Assembly: GCA_026392825.1 (NCBI GenBank)
Contig: JAPLBF010000006.1
Coordinates: 41 to 64,040, forward strand
Source of the DNA: Actinomycetota bacterium
GTDB taxonomy: Bacteria > Actinomycetota > Actinomycetes > Nanopelagicales > Nanopelagicaceae
DNA length: 64,000 nucleotides
Direction of reading: 5' to 3'
Positions 30,991 through 40,772 of this stretch are shown in pieces. The position numbers and the translations under genes were made by a program. How positions within the stretch are numbered: the first letter of the stretch is position 1; each line of letters opens with the position of its first letter. Below the pieces are notes generated by a model. The model was not told the DNA's origin and made no database searches. It saw nothing but the letters and a program-made list of their open reading frames with translations.

Positions 30991-32760
30991 TCAATCGCCT
31001 AGTTGATCAGTGATTTCTAGCCATTCTTCTTCTCGAGTGTTTAATTCTGTGCGCAGATTTTCAAGTTCCTCGCTGATTCGTAATAACTCAGCGGGATCAA
31101 ACGCCGCATTTTCTTGTGCGACTTCTAGCTCTGCGATTTTCTCCTTAGATTTCTGAATCTGTCTCTCGACGCGAACTAAATCCTTTTTTAGTTGGCGCTG
31201 TTCTGCGGCCGAGGAAGCGTTCTTTGGTTTTGTCTCAGAACTAGGCTGTAGGACAGATGCCTCTCGTTGTTCTAAATACTGATCAACTCCCCGAGGTAAA
31301 TCCCTTAATGATTTATCTCCAAGTAATCCAACAAATCGATCGCAGACTCGTTCGAGAAAATATCTATCGTGTGAGATGACAACCAGGGTTCCGCCGTAGC
31401 TATCAAGTAAATCTTCAAGTTCAGTTAACGTCTCAATATCAAAATCATTCGTTGGCTCATCTAATAACAAAACATTTGGTGAATCCATTAACAATCGAGT
31501 TAATTGCAACCTGCGCTTCTCGCCACCGGATAGATCACCCACTGGCGTCCATTGTGAATCTTTATCAAAGCCTAAGCGTTCGCAGAGTTGCGAAGCCGAA
31601 AGCGACTTACCGTTCCCGAGTTCGATATGTGCAGCAACCTTTTCAACCGCTTCCAGAACACGCCATTCCGGATTCAACTCATCCAAATGCTGCGTTAGAA
31701 AGGCAGCCTTCACAGTTATTCCGGTGGTGAGCTTTCCAGCGAAAGGCTGTAATTCACCAGCCAGCGTGCGCATAAGCGTTGTCTTTCCAGATCCATTGAT
31801 TCCAACAATTCCAATGCGATCTCCGGGACCTATATTCCAGTAAAGATCATCAATCAACTCTTTTTCACCCGCACGTATCTGTAAATGATTTGCTTCATAA
31901 ACAGTATTTCCCAAACGATTGCGGGCAAATTTCAATAACTCGCCTTGGTCTCGGGGCGCTGGTTCTTCAGCAATCAATACATTTGCAGCATCCACGCGAA
32001 ATTTAGGCTTTGTAGTTCTAGCTGGTGCACCTCTGCGCAACCACGCAAGCTCTTTGCGGATTAGATTATTTCGTCTCGCATCCATTGCACTTGCTTGGCG
32101 TGCGCGTTCTGCTTTAGCTAAAACAAATGCGGAATAACCTCCGTCATATTCTTCAACCTTGCCACCGACAACTTCCCAGGTGCGATCAGTGACGGCATCT
32201 AGAAACCATCTATCGTGTGTAATAACTAAAACAGCCAGAGATTTGCGGCTATTTAAATGGGAGGCAAGCCATGCCACGCCTTCCACATCTAAGTGGTTGG
32301 TTGGTTCATCCAATAAAATCAAATCAAGTTCGTCGATCAATAATTTAGCTAGACCGACTCTTCGTTTTTCACCGCCAGATAAAGTTGAGAACTTTCTTTC
32401 AAATAGGTGGTCATCGAATCCACCAAATAGACCTGTAAAAACTTCTCTAATTCCGGAATCGCTCGCCCACTCGTGTTTTGCTCTATCTCCAATTACGACA
32501 TCACCTACTGTTGAATTTGGATCAGCTTTATCAACTTGTGAAAGTAAACCAATCTTCACTGAATTTGCTTTAGTTACTCTGCCTTGATCTGGACTTTCAA
32601 CCGCAGCAATTACTTTCATTAGCGTGCTTTTTCCAGAACCGTTGCGTCCGACTATTCCAATTCGATCACCTTCTGAAACACCGAGTGAAACTCTTTCAAG
32701 CAGCGCTCTAATATCAAAGGCCTTACTGACCTCTTCTATATTGACAAGATTGCGCGCCAC
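30991..32760 (-). CDS. ABC-F family ATPase (Uup-like)
   Basis: Two ABC cassettes (GRNGSGKST/LSGGE/DEPTNH; GINGSGKT/LSGGE/DEPTND), LRRGAPAR linker, C-terminal coiled coil, no TM. Confidence 0.93.
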   Translation of the reverse strand: MARNLVNIEEVSKAFDIRALLERVSLGVSEGDRIGIVGRNGSGKSTLMKVIAAVESPDQGRVTKANSVKIGLLSQVDKADPNSTVGDVVIGDRAKHEWASDSGIREVFTGLFGGFDDHLFERKFSTLSGGEKRRVGLAKLLIDELDLILLDEPTNHLDVEGVAWLASHLNSRKSLAVLVITHDRWFLDAVTDRTWEVVGGKVEEYDGGYSAFVLAKAERARQASAMDARRNNLIRKELAWLRRGAPARTTKPKFRVDAANVLIAEEPAPRDQGELLKFARNRLGNTVYEANHLQIRAGEKELIDDLYWNIGPGDRIGIVGINGSGKTTLMRTLAGELQPFAGKLTTGITVKAAFLTQHLDELNPEWRVLEAVEKVAAHIELGNGKSLSASQLCERLGFDKDSQWTPVGDLSGGEKRRLQLTRLLMDSPNVLLLDEPTNDFDIETLTELEDLLDSYGGTLVVISHDRYFLERVCDRFVGLLGDKSLRDLPRGVDQYLEQREASVLQPSSETKPKNASSAAEQRQLKKDLVRVERQIQKSKEKIAELEVAQENAAFDPAELLRISEELENLRTELNTREEEWLEITDQLGD

Positions 32761-32784
32761 GATGGGAGAGCGTACCTTTCAACT

Positions 32785-34059
32785 ATGAAAGCCACCGACC
32801 GCCAATTTGCACTAGATCTAGATGCTCGCGATCCTTTGGCCCGTTTCCGCTCTAAATTTGTTATCAGCGATCCCAATATTTGCTATCTAGATGGAAATTC
32901 TTTAGGACGACTCCCCCTTTCTACAATCGAGGCTGTTAATTCATTTATGAAAGATGAGTGGGGCCCCGAGGTAGTAACCGGATGGGGGCACTGGGTAGAT
33001 GAGGCGCAACCAACCGGGGATTTAATTGGACGCGCCACTCTTGGCGCTGCGGCGGGCCAAGTTTTGGCGTGCGACACAACATCAGTAAATTTTTATCAAT
33101 TAGCGCTAGCAGCTATTAGCGCACGCCCTGGGCGCAAGACGATAATCACGGATGCGGCCAATTTTCCAACAGATCGTTACATCTTGGACGGAATTGCAAA
33201 ACAGTTAGGTCTAAAGCTAGTAATAATCGATAACGAATCTCCCGGCTCAGCAGAACATGAGCGAATAACACCTGAAATCCTTGCGCCTTACTTAACTGAA
33301 GATGTCGCGCTAGTTACCTTGGAAGTTATTCAATATCGATCTGGTGCTCGCAACGACATTAAATCTCTCACTGACTTGGTTCGCAAACACGGCGCCTTTA
33401 TGTTGTGGGATGCCAGCCACGCGGTCGGCGCTATCGAAATGGACTTCGATAAAAATGGTGTTGATATAGCAGTGGGATGCACATATAAATATGGAAATTC
33501 TGGCCCTGGCGCACCCGCTTGGCTCTATGTGAATAAAAAAGTACAGGCCGAGTTGCAGGTTCCAATTCAGGGTTGGTTTTCACAAGGCGATCAATTTGCA
33601 ATGGGTCCGGATTTTGAAAGAGCAGAAGGTATTCGTGGTTTTCAAATTGCTAGCCCTTCATTAATCGGATTGCGTTGCATTAAGAGCGCATTTTCAATGA
33701 TTGAAGAGGCGGGAATTGGTGCGATATCTGAAAAGGCAGCGATTGGAACTGAAATGATGATTCAGTTATACGATGCTTGGCTCGCAGAACTTGGATTCAC
33801 TTTGTTAACATCACGAAATCCCCAAGAGCGCGGCGGTCATATTTCTCTAGGCCATCCTGATGCGGCACGCATCTGCGTTGCGCTACGAGAATATGCCGAC
33901 GTTATTCCAGATTATCGAACACCAAATTCAATAAGACTAGCGATTGCACCGCTTCCTACTTCTTATGTTGAAGTTTGGGATGGTTTTGCGCGCATCCGCG
34001 ACCTTGTTACTTCTCGGCAATACGAGAAGATTGAGAAAACAGATTCGAGGGTCACATGA
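32785..34059 (+). CDS. kynU: Kynureninase
   Basis: YLDGNSLG, NFPTDRY, WDASHAVG, GCTYKYGNSGPG. Confidence 0.93.
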   Translation: MKATDRQFALDLDARDPLARFRSKFVISDPNICYLDGNSLGRLPLSTIEAVNSFMKDEWGPEVVTGWGHWVDEAQPTGDLIGRATLGAAAGQVLACDTTSVNFYQLALAAISARPGRKTIITDAANFPTDRYILDGIAKQLGLKLVIIDNESPGSAEHERITPEILAPYLTEDVALVTLEVIQYRSGARNDIKSLTDLVRKHGAFMLWDASHAVGAIEMDFDKNGVDIAVGCTYKYGNSGPGAPAWLYVNKKVQAELQVPIQGWFSQGDQFAMGPDFERAEGIRGFQIASPSLIGLRCIKSAFSMIEEAGIGAISEKAAIGTEMMIQLYDAWLAELGFTLLTSRNPQERGGHISLGHPDAARICVALREYADVIPDYRTPNSIRLAIAPLPTSYVEVWDGFARIRDLVTSRQYEKIEKTDSRVT

Positions 34060-34853
34060 GCGAAAACGATTTTGATTCCGCACTTACTTACACCTCTTAT
34101 TTGGCAATAGATAAGTTACTTGAATTACAGAACCCTTTATCCGATGGCCCAGAACACGATGAAATGCTCTTTATTATCATCCACCAGAGTTACGAACTCT
34201 GGTTTAAACAATTAATCCACGAATTTAACGAAGCAGGTAAGGCTCTTGAATCGGGCGACACCCACAGATCGCTGGCCATTCTCGGACGGATTCGCACAAT
34301 ACTTAAAGTTTGTGTGACCCAGGTAGATATTTTAGAGACGATGACTCCATTGCAATTTAACGCTTTCCGCGGGTATCTCTCCTCTTCAAGTGGTTTCCAA
34401 TCCGCCCAATTTAGAAAGGTTGAAGCGCTGCTGGGACGCAGAGATTCAAAGATGGCCGCGCATCTTCCTTTAGATGTTCAGGCAGAAATTAATGAGATCG
34501 CCTCACGTAATTCGATCTGGGATTCAACACTGGCTTATCTTTCAAAGCGTGGCCATAAGATCCCCGTTGAAATTTTAAATCGTGACAAATCAACTCATTA
34601 CCAATCAGATCCAAGGGTTATAGAAGCTTTACTAGAAGTTCATCGCAGCGATCCTGAGTCAGCAATGGTCTGTGAAAGGCTGATGGATATCGATGAAGGT
34701 TTGCAAGAGTGGCGCTACCGTCATGTAAAAATGGTGGAGCGCACGATCGGGCAGAAAACTGGCACTGGTGGTTCTGATGGAGTTAAGTACTTAGCGAGTA
34801 CTTTATTTAATCCAGTTTTTAAAGATCTTTGGGATATCCGTTCGCAGTTTTAG
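34056..34853 (+). CDS. kynA: Tryptophan 2,3-dioxygenase
   Basis: HDEMLFIIIHQSYELWFK, FRGYL..SSGFQS.QFR, WRYRH..MVERTIG.KTGTGGS. Confidence 0.96.
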   Translation: MSENDFDSALTYTSYLAIDKLLELQNPLSDGPEHDEMLFIIIHQSYELWFKQLIHEFNEAGKALESGDTHRSLAILGRIRTILKVCVTQVDILETMTPLQFNAFRGYLSSSSGFQSAQFRKVEALLGRRDSKMAAHLPLDVQAEINEIASRNSIWDSTLAYLSKRGHKIPVEILNRDKSTHYQSDPRVIEALLEVHRSDPESAMVCERLMDIDEGLQEWRYRHVKMVERTIGQKTGTGGSDGVKYLASTLFNPVFKDLWDIRSQF

Positions 34854-35179
34854 ATTTTCCCTGTGTAGTGTAAATAGATAATTACAACTATTGAAATAAC
34901 TGCTGCACCGGCAATCAGTGCGAACTGAACCCACTTAGGTATTCCAGCTTTATCGGCAGCTTTTTGCGCATAAGTTCTTGTAGTGACCATAACTCTAGAG
35001 GCCCACGCAAATTCAGTTGCCAAAATACCAAGTCCTGCAATCACAATTAAAACTCCTGGGCCAGGAGCAACTAAAGCGATTGCACCTAAAACAGTTACTG
35101 TCCCGCCCACAATTCCGATGACTACGCGCCAGAGTAAACGTCCGGCTTTTGTCTTTTTAATCCAAGTTCTAATTCTCAT
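34850..35179 (-). CDS. PGPGW-domain (TIGR02611-like) membrane protein
   Basis: LVAPGPG.LIVIAGLGILATEF.WA. Confidence 0.85.
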   Translation of the reverse strand: MRIRTWIKKTKAGRLLWRVVIGIVGGTVTVLGAIALVAPGPGVLIVIAGLGILATEFAWASRVMVTTRTYAQKAADKAGIPKWVQFALIAGAAVISIVVIIYLHYTGKI

Positions 35180-35259
35180 TTTTTCTTTTCTATAAGTTTC
35201 ATATTTAGGGTAAGTTTATTCGGACACGCCCGAACTTCTCGCATAAAAAGGGGTGGGGG

Positions 35260-35363
35260 TTGCAACTTTTTTTGACTTCAGAGATACTTACAGGGCATTC
35301 GAAAGAATGAAAAGGATCGGGAGAGTACTTCTCAAACGAGTTTCTAAATCAGAAACCTTTGCC
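35260..35363 (+). promoter_or_regulatory. Putative sigma-A promoter plus structured 5' leader of the aminotransferase gene
   Basis: TTGCAA(35260)-17 nt-GATACT(35283); the following ~70 nt contain nested complementary segments (see findings). Confidence 0.4.
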
Positions 35364-35376
35364 GTACAGCATTAAA

Positions 35377-36771
35377 ATGATTACACAATCGCATCACGCG
35401 GAAACTTTTAGATCAGTACCAGTAACATCCACGCCGATATCGCCTGAGAAAGTAGCCTCTTTACTGGCCTCAGAATGGCAACTATTTACTAAGAACACCA
35501 AGGGTTCAGCCACTGAGAGCGCGCGCTCAATGAAGTCGCTCCCCCTCGGCGTTACCTCAAGCTTCCAGCACTGGGATCCATATCCAATCTCAATCGTCTC
35601 CGCTAAAGGCGCGTGGATGACAGATGTGGATGGCCGCGAACTGCTCGACCTTTCCATGGGCTTCGGCGCAATGCTCGCCGGACACTTAAACCCAGTTGTT
35701 GTAGCAGAAGCCAAAGCAGCCCTTGATACCGGAATGCTCTTTGTAACCCCATCTCCTATTTCAACTGATGCCGCAGAACGAATCTGCCGTCGCTTCGGAA
35801 TTGACCAAGTTCGATTTACAAATTCAGGTACTGAATCAACTATGTACACTGTGCGAACTGCACGATCTGCGAGTGGTAAGAACGACATTGTTAAAATTGA
35901 AGGTGGTTATCACGGTAGCTACGATCCTTTCGTTGTATCGGCAAAACCTAAAGTTGAATATGCCGGTGATGCAGATTTCCCAACTCCAGTGGCAGATTCA
36001 AACCTGGTAGCGGGAAATGTTTTTGTGGTTCCTTATAACAATGCAGATTCTTTAGAAGCAATTTTCGAAAAGCATTCTTCAACAATTGCTTGCTTCATTG
36101 TTGAGCCTGTTCTTGAAAATATTGGAATCGTTCTTCCTGATGCAGGCTATCTAGAACGCGTTCGCGAACTATGCGATCAATACGGAATCATTTTAATATT
36201 TGATGAAGTAAAAACTGGCCTTACTGCTGGACATCAAGGTGCGGCACAAAGACTTGGCGTGCAACCAGATTTAATCACTCTTGCTAAATCAATCGGTGGT
36301 GGACTTACACTTGCTGCATTCGGTGGCAAGCAGAAGTACATGGATTATGTAAGTAACGGAAAAATGGCCCACTTCGGTACATTTAACGGAAATCCACTAG
36401 CAATGGCCGGTATTCGTGCAGTAGATAAAATCTGTACCGCAGAAACTTTAGCTGCTGCAGAAGCGCTAAACCAACAAGCGCTAGAGCGAATCTCTGCAAT
36501 CATTGATGAATACCAACTTCCAGCGCACACTGTTGGATTTGGCGTTAAGGGCTGTATTACTTGGTCAACTCAACCGGTTCGCAACTATCGTGATTACAAA
36601 GCAACTGATTTTGCAGTAGCTGAACTCTCTTGGCTCTGGTCACTAAACCGCGGCATTATTACGCCTCCCGGCTTAGATGAGCAGTGGTTAATCAGTTTGG
36701 CTCACGGACAGAGAGAAATCGACATTCTTGTCGAAGACTTCCGTTCACTTGCTGCAGCGCTGCGTAGTTAA
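35377..36771 (+). CDS. Class III PLP aminotransferase, GSA-aminomutase-like but probably not HemL
   Basis: RFTNSGTESTM, EGGYHG, LIFDEVKTG, PDLITLAKSIGGG, GTFNGNP; start ATG 35377 or TTG 35359 uncertain. Confidence 0.85.
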   Translation: MITQSHHAETFRSVPVTSTPISPEKVASLLASEWQLFTKNTKGSATESARSMKSLPLGVTSSFQHWDPYPISIVSAKGAWMTDVDGRELLDLSMGFGAMLAGHLNPVVVAEAKAALDTGMLFVTPSPISTDAAERICRRFGIDQVRFTNSGTESTMYTVRTARSASGKNDIVKIEGGYHGSYDPFVVSAKPKVEYAGDADFPTPVADSNLVAGNVFVVPYNNADSLEAIFEKHSSTIACFIVEPVLENIGIVLPDAGYLERVRELCDQYGIILIFDEVKTGLTAGHQGAAQRLGVQPDLITLAKSIGGGLTLAAFGGKQKYMDYVSNGKMAHFGTFNGNPLAMAGIRAVDKICTAETLAAAEALNQQALERISAIIDEYQLPAHTVGFGVKGCITWSTQPVRNYRDYKATDFAVAELSWLWSLNRGIITPPGLDEQWLISLAHGQREIDILVEDFRSLAAALRS

Positions 36772-37403
36772 TCAATAGCAACAACGAAATCGGCGCGGTT
36801 ACGTCCGCGTTCGATTAACTTTGCATTTACTTCATCGGTTCCCTTAGCCCACGCTTTTGCCGCCTCCGGATCTTTTCCGTAAGCAATATGGCGCGAAATC
36901 AGCCTAGAAATTCGTTTGTCATCATCTACGTCAACCATCCAACTTTCATCAAGTAAATCATTGCAAACTTCCCAGCCGCCATCATCGTGCAATAAATAAT
37001 TGCCTTCAATAATTACTACTTTCGTGGCAGAAGTAACGACTCCCTGGGCAGCTATAGATTCTTCGATTGCACGATCAAATATTGGATAGTAAATATTCTG
37101 GGTCTGTTCCGTTCGAATGCGTTTGACGAGTGAAATGAATCCTGCGACATCAAAAGTGTCGGGCGCACCTTTGCGATCAGCACGCTTTAAATCCTTCAAA
37201 ACTTTATTACTCAGATGGTAGCCATCCATTGGAACTACCGTTACGAACTCTTTCGGAAGTTTTGCCATTAAGAATTTAGATAGCGTGGACTTGCCCGCAC
37301 CGGGCTTACCGATAATTCCAATCAAGACGCGCTCAGAGGAATTCTCAAGGTGGTTCTGAATTCGGGCAAGTGCAGCCTCTTGGCTAGCTAACTGTTCGGG
37401 CAT
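36768..37403 (-). CDS. P-loop kinase of the FrcK/YggC (pantothenate/uridine kinase-like) family
   Basis: GIIGKPGAGKST, VPMDGYHL, KGAPDTFD, EGNYLL. Confidence 0.85.
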   Translation of the reverse strand: MPEQLASQEAALARIQNHLENSSERVLIGIIGKPGAGKSTLSKFLMAKLPKEFVTVVPMDGYHLSNKVLKDLKRADRKGAPDTFDVAGFISLVKRIRTEQTQNIYYPIFDRAIEESIAAQGVVTSATKVVIIEGNYLLHDDGGWEVCNDLLDESWMVDVDDDKRISRLISRHIAYGKDPEAAKAWAKGTDEVNAKLIERGRNRADFVVAID

Positions 37404-37454
37404 TTTTCAAGTTTAGCGCTTGTGCGAAGGCGATTACTAGGGGATTATAAATTC

Positions 37455-37844
37455 ATGATTAAAAATGGAATTATAAACGGTGACCTTGCATCCCTATTGG
37501 CGAGGTTTCGCCACGTGAATACGATCGCAATTGTCGATGGGCCTTTTCCAACTTATCCCAATGTAGAAACTATTGATTTGGCACTTGTGATGGGAACTCC
37601 AACAGTTGGCCAAGTGCTCGATGCTATTTTGCCGCACCTTGATTTAACTGGAATGTATCTAGCCGCCGAATTTGAAGCAAAAGTTGATGCCAAAACAGTT
37701 GCTGAGTACAAGAAGCATCACGGCGGGCTAAACACCACGGTAATTCCGCATGAGGATTTCAAAGTAAAAGTGGGACAGACTCTTGGGATTATTCATACCG
37801 GCGATGCTGTTCCGTACAGCAGCGTTATTTTACGATCAGGCTGA
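37455..37844 (+). CDS. rbsD: RbsD/FucU-family pyranase/mutarotase
   Basis: Start ATG 37455; GIIN..L..LLA.FRH.NTIAIVDGPFP, IDLAL..GTP, IHTGD..PYSSVIL.SG. Confidence 0.75.
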   Translation: MIKNGIINGDLASLLARFRHVNTIAIVDGPFPTYPNVETIDLALVMGTPTVGQVLDAILPHLDLTGMYLAAEFEAKVDAKTVAEYKKHHGGLNTTVIPHEDFKVKVGQTLGIIHTGDAVPYSSVILRSG

Positions 37845-38745
37845 AATCAATCTCTTCAATTTTTGGATAAGAAGATTGCGCGCCTTTACGCGTAACGCTC
37901 TTAGTGGCACAATCAATCCCAAATTGAACTGCGCTTTCTTCATTCGCACCTGCCGCGATCGCTGCAGCAAATGCGCCAATGAAGCAATCTCCGGCACCAG
38001 TTGTGTCGGTTGCGCTTACTTTTTTAGCGCTAAATCTTTTAACTTTTCCGTCAGAAGTAACTAAAGCAGCGCCTTCACTTCCTAAGGTCACGATCGTGCG
38101 ACCTTTATCGCGTAGTGAGGCGATGATCTCATCTGTATCTGGTGCGCGGTGAGCTTTATCTAATTCCGCAAATTCAATTTCGTTGGGAATCAACCAATCA
38201 GTTAATTCCAATAAATCATCGGTAAGCGGTTGGTATGGCGCGGGATTTAAAATTGTCGTTATACCTAGCTCTTGTGCAGTGCGGAAAGCGGCGAGAGTAA
38301 CTTCCTGTGGGATTTCGCATTGCGCGATTAAAACGCTGACGTTCTTTAATTTGCTCACTTCATCAATTGCATCCTGCGGTGTTAATTTAAAATTTGCTCC
38401 AGGGACAATTGAAATTCGATTCTGTCCTTGACCATCGACCCAGATATGCGCAACACCCGTATGTGTATCTAGGCGCAAGACTGAGGACGTATCCATCTGA
38501 CTATTCTTAAAATTTTGCAAACTTTCATCGCCGAAACCATCGTTTCCAATGCCGGTAATCATTGTTACAGTCGCACCAGTTCGAGCAGCCATAACCGCTT
38601 GATTGGCGCCTTTTCCACCAAATCCCGTTGTAAAACTCTCACCAAATCTGGTTTCTCCCGCAGCCGGCAAAATATCGGCATACACAGTTAAATCCATCAT
38701 TGTGCTACCGATAACGGCAATCTTTGTATCTGCAAAACTTTTCAT
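37825..38745 (-). CDS. rbsK: Ribokinase (PfkB family)
   Basis: GGKGANQAV.AAR, ILNPAP, LIPNEIE, DTTGAGDCF. Confidence 0.9.
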   Translation of the reverse strand: MKSFADTKIAVIGSTMMDLTVYADILPAAGETRFGESFTTGFGGKGANQAVMAARTGATVTMITGIGNDGFGDESLQNFKNSQMDTSSVLRLDTHTGVAHIWVDGQGQNRISIVPGANFKLTPQDAIDEVSKLKNVSVLIAQCEIPQEVTLAAFRTAQELGITTILNPAPYQPLTDDLLELTDWLIPNEIEFAELDKAHRAPDTDEIIASLRDKGRTIVTLGSEGAALVTSDGKVKRFSAKKVSATDTTGAGDCFIGAFAAAIAAGANEESAVQFGIDCATKSVTRKGAQSSYPKIEEIDFSLIVK

Positions 38746-38747
38746 AA

Positions 38748-39884
38748 TTAGAGCGCGATCTCTGAATGAGTCTCGTGAGATTTCATAGCGGCAGCAAATG
38801 CTTTATGCGAATTAATGACTTCCTCAACAGATGCGCAAGCAAACCGATCGCCCAGTTTGCCTTCTCTTTCGGCGAAGTACGCCGCCCACATTTGCAGAAG
38901 TGCATCTGGGAAACCAAATTCAAAGATATGTCCGGTAATGACTGGCCAATTTGTAACGTGGCCCGGCTGTATTTCAGACCAAATTTGCTCGCCATTTCTC
39001 AAAGCGAATGTATGGTAAACCGCAGGGTTCTTGGTGCTAAAGCGAACACCGCCATCCATTCCTAAAGCACTAAAGAAAAATGTATTGCTCTCTCCCGGTG
39101 CAATTCGCTTCATCTCCCAGAACATCGGAAATTCACGATCATTTCCAGGATTATTAGCGCGCATCGCAAGAATGGCGTTATCGAAAGTATCGCAGGCAAC
39201 TTGTTCCCCGCTCGCGCTTTCACGGTGTGTGACTATGTCATCTAAAATTGCAAATACTTTTGTGGGCTTATATCCCAAGCGCAATGGAATGTGAGCCGCA
39301 TGCATTCCGAGATCACCAAGGACGCCGATATCACCACAGAACTTACGTTGACGTTTCCAGTTGATTTTCTTTTTGCGATCTATATCTGATGAGTGCAAGA
39401 GACCAGATCGGACTTCGACAATTTCTCCAAGATTTCCCGATTGAACTTCTCGGACCGCAGCTTGTGCTCCAGGATAGAAAGGAAGTTCGCTAGAAACTCG
39501 CACAAAATTCGATTTACCCACAAGAGCGGCGGCAATCTTTTCGGCGGCATTTAGATCTATTCCAAAAGGCTTTTCGCCTAAGAAATCTTTACCGGAATTA
39601 ATAGTTGCGATATAAATCTCTTCGTGAAGATTGTGTGGCACCGCTATATAAACAACATCAACGTTTGAACTAGCCAATAATTCTTTGTAATCGCTATATG
39701 ACTCAGGTACACCGGCGTTAGTGAAGAATTCTCTAACCGAATCTGATGTATCGGCAATTGCGGTGATAACTGGACGAATCGGATGGTCTAAAAGTGCATC
39801 CCAACGCCCAACCAGTGCCAGTAACTCGCGGCCCATCAGGCCGCCGCCGATGATGCCGACTTTTACAACTTTTTGCTTTGACAT
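38748..39884 (-). CDS. Gfo/Idh/MocA-family NAD(P) oxidoreductase
   Basis: Start ATG 39884, 1 nt after aldolase stop; GIIGGGLMG, IAVPHNLH, GEKPFG, GDLGMH. Confidence 0.9.
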   Translation of the reverse strand: MSKQKVVKVGIIGGGLMGRELLALVGRWDALLDHPIRPVITAIADTSDSVREFFTNAGVPESYSDYKELLASSNVDVVYIAVPHNLHEEIYIATINSGKDFLGEKPFGIDLNAAEKIAAALVGKSNFVRVSSELPFYPGAQAAVREVQSGNLGEIVEVRSGLLHSSDIDRKKKINWKRQRKFCGDIGVLGDLGMHAAHIPLRLGYKPTKVFAILDDIVTHRESASGEQVACDTFDNAILAMRANNPGNDREFPMFWEMKRIAPGESNTFFFSALGMDGGVRFSTKNPAVYHTFALRNGEQIWSEIQPGHVTNWPVITGHIFEFGFPDALLQMWAAYFAEREGKLGDRFACASVEEVINSHKAFAAAMKSHETHSEIAL

Positions 39885-39885
39885 T

Positions 39886-40716
39886 TCAAGCGTTAACAAT
39901 CTTTAGCGCATCGGCAGCAGAAGTTCCTTTATGCAACATTGCCATAAGCGCTTGCGTCATCTTTGCTGGCTTTGGATGAGCAATGATGTTTCGACCATAA
40001 ACAATTCCGGCTGCACCTTGTTTCAATACTTCTGCGGTTCGGTTTAACAATTCTTCGTCCGAAACACGGCCGCCACCACGAACCAAAACTGGAACTGAAC
40101 CAGCAGTCTGAATCACGTGATGATAATCAGCTGCGATATCAGTCGGATCTGCCTTGATTACATCTGCACCAAGTTCAATTGCTTGGCGAACCAATGGCAC
40201 TACTTTTTCAAGTTCACCATCTGAGGTGTAGCCACCGGTTGATGCATCCTTCATAACAAGTGGTTCAACCATTAGCGGCATCCCGTAATGTTCACACTGT
40301 GCCTTAAGGGTCATGATGTTGCGTATGCAAGCATCGCGAAGTTCAGGGCGACCAGGCAGATCGAGCAGGTTTACGACAACGATCGCTGCATCAAGACGGA
40401 CCGCCTGCAGGACTGGCTCTTCGAGCAAAATACTAAATAGGTGATCCGGAATTACTTTTCCATAAACATTTGCGACATCAGTGCGCATTACGAGTGCCGG
40501 TTTATTTGGATTTGGATTGTTCTGCAACAACTTAGCTTGCCCGACGGTTAACTGAATCGCATCTGGGGCTGCTGTGATTAGCGTGTTAACTGCCGCCTGC
40601 ATATCTTCAATTCCTGCAAGGAATGTTCCCTCGCCAAAGAAGCCGTGATCTACTGCAATATCGAAGCAGCGACCGTTATTGAATAAGCGCTTTAGGCGAA
40701 TTGATACGTCAGACAT
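39886..40716 (-). CDS. Class I (DhnA/FbaB/LsrF-type) aldolase
   Basis: IAVDHG, PLMVEP, ELGADVIKAD (Schiff-base Lys), VLVRGGG, GIVYGRNI. Confidence 0.87.
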   Translation of the reverse strand: MSDVSIRLKRLFNNGRCFDIAVDHGFFGEGTFLAGIEDMQAAVNTLITAAPDAIQLTVGQAKLLQNNPNPNKPALVMRTDVANVYGKVIPDHLFSILLEEPVLQAVRLDAAIVVVNLLDLPGRPELRDACIRNIMTLKAQCEHYGMPLMVEPLVMKDASTGGYTSDGELEKVVPLVRQAIELGADVIKADPTDIAADYHHVIQTAGSVPVLVRGGGRVSDEELLNRTAEVLKQGAAGIVYGRNIIAHPKPAKMTQALMAMLHKGTSAADALKIVNA

Positions 40717-40760
40717 TTAAGTAACTCCATTTTCACTGGTCAATTTGTTAACCCTACAAG

Positions 40761-40767
40761 TAGTCTA
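40761..40767. promoter_or_regulatory. Overlapping bidirectional -10 element (aldolase operon / cupin operon)
   Basis: TAGTCTA reads TAGTCT on + (6 nt to ATG 40773) and TAGACT on -. Confidence 0.55.
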
Positions 40768-40772
40768 GAACC

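Noticed and set aside
35291-35363. c-di-GMP-I, glycine or yybP riboswitch call for the aminotransferase leader
   Set aside because: Only fragments match (ACAGGGCA..TTCGAAAGA; GGGAGAG; AAAGG..ACCTTTG); the required cores (GCAAA..GACGCAAA; CCGAAG..CTCTCAGG; GGGGAGTAGC) are missing.
37417-37433. Degenerate copy of the tRNA-Arg 3' end (GCGAAGGCGATT) as an att site
   Set aside because: Only ~11 nt with an insertion, chance level, and no integrase.
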